From a virus (Duplodnaviria > Caudoviricetes), in IMG/VR virus record IMGVR_UViG_3300006024_000021, positions 1-27,071 of that record: 27,071 nucleotides of DNA, one strand, 5' to 3'. Of the stretch, positions 12,001-18,000 are shown one piece after another. The position numbers were made by a program, and so were the translations under genes. Below the pieces are notes generated by a model. That model did no database searches. It was not told the origin of the DNA and worked only from the letters and a program-made list of their open reading frames with translations. Positions within the stretch are counted from its first letter, which is position 1. Each line of letters opens with the position of its first letter.

Positions 12001-15000
12001 ATCTTACCCAAATTACCACTAGAAGCATTACCATCTACAGTAACAATAAGACTATTACCAGTTGCATCATCAATGGTAAACATCTCAACCTTAGGGTTAT
12101 TAGCAGCATGGGATGCTTCCATGCGACTCCATCCTGATACTGTCCACTTATTAGTTAAACCTGCACCTGCTATCTTCATATAAGCAGGACCACCTGAGAA
12201 CTTCAGAGAACCTGCACCAAACTTAAATTCTGATGTATTATGAATACAAACAGCAGGGTTTGAGAAAGTTGTAGTTACAAGTGCTTGTTTTGTGCTATCT
12301 TCATCTAAATCATCAGCATTCTCGAAACGAGCAACATATGTCTGTACTGGAAGTTGCTTATTACATGGAATAATAACGTCACCAGAGTTATCTACTTGGT
12401 GAGTCCATGCTGACATACCAATATCATCTGTATCTTCGATATTAGTACTCTTAAGAAGAGTTCCATCATACTTAAAGTTCATTGCAACGATCTGACGATC
12501 ATTATCCCAATACTTCAGATCAGCAACGATACTTACATTACCAAATACATCTAAATTGATACCTGCATGTTTAACTGCTTCGAAATTACCACTAGGAGCA
12601 ATAATATTAGAGAACTCATATACTGGAGTACCAGCAGTTGTTGCAGAAAGTTGGTCTTGAGGAATCTTAAAGAATGCTATACCATAATTCTTAGTTCCAT
12701 TCCACATATCACATATGAAGAATAGATCGTTCCATTCATCCAAAATGAATTGTGGTCTCTGTACACTACCACCAGTTACAGCAAGTCTCTTTGTGTAATT
12801 AAGTTCGATATTTGCACCATCATATTCCATCTCACCGAATAATATGTCATTATTATCAGCATCAACACCAGTCCAAAGGATCTTATTGTTTCCAATGAAG
12901 AATAACTGGTTCATTGTCTCACCTTCATCATCAGAAGCAAATTTACGCTTCTCTACAACGTCACCTAGGTTATTAAGTTGCATAATCCAGATATCGTTAG
13001 GATCTGGAGAGTTAGTATCAGTCCAACCGCAAATATAGACTCTTTGCTCATCATCTAAGTGAATATCACCTGCATAGTCTCTTCTAGCGTTTCCAGAGAC
13101 ACCTGCAATCTCTTTTTGCCATCTTACGATACCTTCAGGTGCATTTGCGTTATCAAACCCAGATTGATACTTAGCAACTAAAATATCGGGATTATAAGTC
13201 GCAGTTGATTGAGATTCAGTTTCACCAATCAAATATATCAATTCATTCTCTTCAGAAGTCTCATCGAGGTACATTGACTTCCAACGAGCAACTTTATTAG
13301 ATGCAGAAGGTAAAAGTGTCCTATCCCAAACTAAAACACCCAAATCAGTGAATTTAGCAAGGAATGCAGAAGAATCACCATTAACTTGAGTTAATTCACC
13401 ACAAATGTAGATATAACGATCTGAGGTGATCTGAGAATCGAATATTTGGATTTTATCTGTATCTTCGTAATATTCAGATAACCAATAGTAAGTTTTCTTG
13501 TATTGTTGTGGATGAGAGACTCTAATCTGTGGAGGAGCGTCTACATCGTATCCAAAACCACTATTAATGATATTAACGCTTCCAACCTTACCAGTTGTCT
13601 CATCTAGAACAATATTAAAGTTAACGTCTTGTCCAGACTCGGTAATGATCTCATATGTTGGTGGAAGTTGAGTATTATAACCTATACCACTTTGTGTTAC
13701 TGTAATAGTCTCAATACCAGTAACAACTGACATATAATAACGCTTATTAGTATTGTCAGTAATAACTCTGCTATTAACAATAATTTCATCTTGTGCGATC
13801 AGTTCGTGATCAGTTGCAGTGGTTATTTTACCGTGTGGGACATCATTAATGATTTCCTTTGTATATGCAGCAATATCTCGGCCCTGGACCGACTCAATAA
13901 TGGCAGAAGCCCCGAACCCGTCTGTACCTGTGTTATCGAAGAATAAAGTGTCATCAACCTGATAAGATATACCTGCGTTCTCAACAACGAATCCATCAAT
14001 CTGTGCAGACTCGAATTTAGTGGTTGTATCAACCTCAATGTCAACTCTTGACTCTGCTGATACTCTAGGGAAGTAATCATAGATCTGTAGTGCTGCTTCT
14101 TCTGTTATTGCTTGTTCTGTTGCAATTTCAGCAGGAGATATAATTGCATCACCATCTAAGTCCTCAATTTCGAAGATAATTAGATCGCCTTCTCTTTCAG
14201 TAACAAATGAGTCTGCTTGTTGGTTTGGTTGACGCTCGATATCAATATCAACGTTAACATATGGATCTCTGAAACGTGCAACGTCTGTAGGGATATTTTC
14301 TTGTGTAGCAGTTAGTGATAGGTTCCAAAGATCAACAACTGAGTTAAAACTAGGTCCAATGATGTATGGGAAGACTGGTAAACCAGCATCTGACTCATCA
14401 ATGGTTATAAAGTATGCATATGTACCTGCAGGATAGTCTGGAGTCTTACAGAAACGTCCATTGTAAGCATCTAGGTCACCTTGCTGGAATGTGTACTTAT
14501 AATCGTTCACAAAGTATCCTGGTGGATATGTTGCTAGTGAAGGACCATCAATACGAGCAGGAGTTGGGTTTGTATCGATATCATAAACAATTTCTGTCTT
14601 TAAAGTGTAAGAAGAACGCATTCTTCTCATACCACTGTTCTGATCAGTAGGATCGATGTATCCATAAGGACCATAGATGGGGTTACCATCAAATGCCCAT
14701 CCAATGATAGGAGAGTGACCAATATTAGAAGGAACTTCTTGGAAACGATTAGTTTCTGGATTTAAGAAGACATTATCACCAATTACATAACGTAATTCCT
14801 TAGGATCGGAAACGTGAGCATATTCACCACCATATTGGTTATTAAAACCAGTAAAGACGTATCCACGAGCAACATCATACTTTCTCTTAAGAGATCCGTC
14901 AGTATTTTGTGCTGTAGGGTTAGCAGGATCAGGATCTAACTGATATTCTATATTTTTATTCCACTGGAAGACATCAGCAGTAAATGTTGCTAATTGACCA

Positions 15001-18000
15001 ACTGCTTCCAATCTAACTGTTGTTAAACCTTGTGTATATCCAACACCCTTGTTAGTAATGGATATTGAGATAACTTTACCCTTATCTTCTCCTAAAGTAC
15101 CAATAACAGCAGTTGCTTGAGCACCAAATCCATCACCATTGATAAAGACCTTAGGTGCTGATGTATAAGCATCACCAGAGTTAATAATAGCGATAGATAC
15201 GATTCTACCGTTAATAACGATAGGTTGTGCTAGTGCACCTTCACCAGAATTAAGTTTTATGGTCGGTGTAGAGGTATATCCGACACCTGGGTTAGATAAT
15301 GTAACTGCACTGATTGGACCTCTTACAGAAGCGATTGCAAGTGCACCAGCACCGTTTCCACCAGTAATTGAGATAGTAGGTTGTGAAGTATATCCAGTTC
15401 CTGGGTTTTCTACAAGAATTCTTGTTACTCTACCGTTAGTAACAACCGCTTGAGCAGTTGCACCACTACCACCACCTCCAACGATAGAAATTAGAGGTTG
15501 AGTTGTATATCCACTACCTTGTGCAGTAACATCTACAGTATCTAATGCTCCATTAACAGTTACAGTTGCTGCAGCACCTACACCGCCACCACCAGTGATT
15601 TCTAGAGCAGGTCTTGATCCTGCATCATAATCTACACCTGCATTAGTAATATTAATAGTAGTTAAAGGACCAAAGGTAACAAATTCACTAGATTTGTAAG
15701 ACCAAGCAGAAACACCGTTAACCCAAGCACCAATTGGATAGTTTGCACCAACATCTGTTCTTGTGGAGATAGTTTCTACGGTTCTAGGGAAACGAAGTAG
15801 TTTTCTTTGGTTTCCTGGAATCATTGCTGACCCTTGGAAAGGTCCAACCTTATAGTTGGGCAATCCAGACGCTGCAATGTAAACGTAATCAGTATTAAAG
15901 AATGCGTTCTGTATATTAGAAGTAAATAGCGAAATTACTTCATCAATAGTACTTTCAGTTGACTTTCCTCTGTTAAGGTCAACTGAAAGAAGTATATTAC
16001 CCTGTGGAATGATATCCATTGGGGTAGGAATGCTATATGAGAAGGTAAAGTCATCTAGACGAGCAGTAACCTCAAAAGAACCATTATAAACAGCAGGGTT
16101 TGCACCATAAATGGTAACTTGGTCTTCTACAAGCAAACCGTGTGGGTTAGCACAAACAACAGTTGCAGTTTGGTTGTTAAGACCACCAGGAGTGATGCTA
16201 GTAACGCTAATTAACTTCTTAACGTTGTATAACCATGATTGTAACCTCTCATCTTCATCAGATGAACCTAGAGCAGCAACATTTAACTTATCTCCAGGCA
16301 AATAGTAAGAACCACTGTCTTCTAGAACTGTAGTACCCGCTTCAGCAATACCAAGGACTCTTAATTTGACTTCGTTTGATAATCCTTTGTTTACATAGAC
16401 GAAAATGTCTGAATAGATGATTGTACCAGGATCCCAATCCTCTACAACTCCATTTTTAGATCTAGTACACTCAATAAACTGGTTTAGTGACTTTTCCTTG
16501 TACTGTACAGTCTCACTATCATCAATAATAATGGTTCCGTTCTTTTCTGGCCATCCAATAGTACTATCAACCGTAATTATGTTACCATCAGTTGTTAATG
16601 GTTCTACAAGGTTGGTTCTATAAGGAATCTTAAAGACACCTGTTAAAGTTTCTTCAGAAATCGCCAATTCATAGATTGTGTCAGTTCCTTCTATGATAGA
16701 AATGACGTTTTCGATCAAAACAGTAGCATCTTTGATATTCTGGTCAACAGGATCTGCTTCTTGGACTAATTGAGCATTTTCCAAATCTGCAGGATCACCA
16801 GAAATCAGTTTTGCACGCAAAATGGTGTCAACAACCCAAGAGGCATCAGAAGGTTTGAGTAATTCGTCTCTAGGGTAGAATATATCAACTTCTTCACCAA
16901 ATAAAATCTTAAAGAGGTATTGAGCAGCAGTTTTCGTACCTTTGGAAAGGTAGAAGTCCTTAATTGTCTTAATAACCTGAATCGGATTGACTTGGGTGTA
17001 GTCAATATTGATTGTAGGCATATATTGACGACGGAACTTGTCAAATACCTGTGAAATGATCTGTGAATCAAGGTTTTTGACAACTGCACCAGTAGCATGG
17101 TCACTTTGCCTTAATTGACTCTCTTTTGCAAAGACTTGATTACCAAATTTATCAAAACTAACAACTTCAGATACACCTCTAGCACATCCTTGTAATGAAG
17201 ATGGTTGATATTCCTTACCAGAGGATAAAATAGTAAATCCAGTAACTTCTCCAAATCCAACGTCACAAGAAGCCTGTGCTGCCAAGGGTTCTGCGATGTA
17301 AACTGTGGGAGGTTCAGTTGTAGAGTAACCTGTACCAAAGTTTATAATATTAATGTCTGTGATAACACCGTTAAAGACAGTTGCAGCAGCTGCTGCACCA
17401 GTACCACCAATTGACTCTCCTAGTGATCCTTTACGGTCATCTACAATGTATACAGAAGGTGCATCAGTATAACCAGTACCACCAGTTAATAGATTGATGT
17501 TAGTAACACTACCATTAGCAACAGTTACATCTAATACCTGTGCACCAATAGGTTGTACAACTCTTGCTCTTGGTGGTGTAAGATATCCACGACCTCTGTT
17601 GGTGATAGTAACAGCAACAATTTCACCATCTGGAGAAACAGTACACTCAGCAACAGCGTCAACGCCATCAGTAGGGGCTTTGTCGATGTAGATCGTAGGA
17701 GGGTTACTATAGCCGATCCCGCCATCAGTGATTGTAATACTTCCACCATTTAATCTACCCTCCGAGTCGATTGTTGGATCTGATATTATAGCACCACTAG
17801 GATTAACAAAACTTATAGCAGGTATGAAGTCATATCCTGATCCAGAGTTTGTAATTCTAATAGAATCAACTTGACCAGTAGTATCATCAACAGTGATTGC
17901 TGCTTTTGCACCTGAACCGTTGATCATATCACTAGGTTCAGTGATCTTAACCTTAGGTGGGTTGTAAGAAGTGTAACCTTGACCACCGTTGATTAACTGA

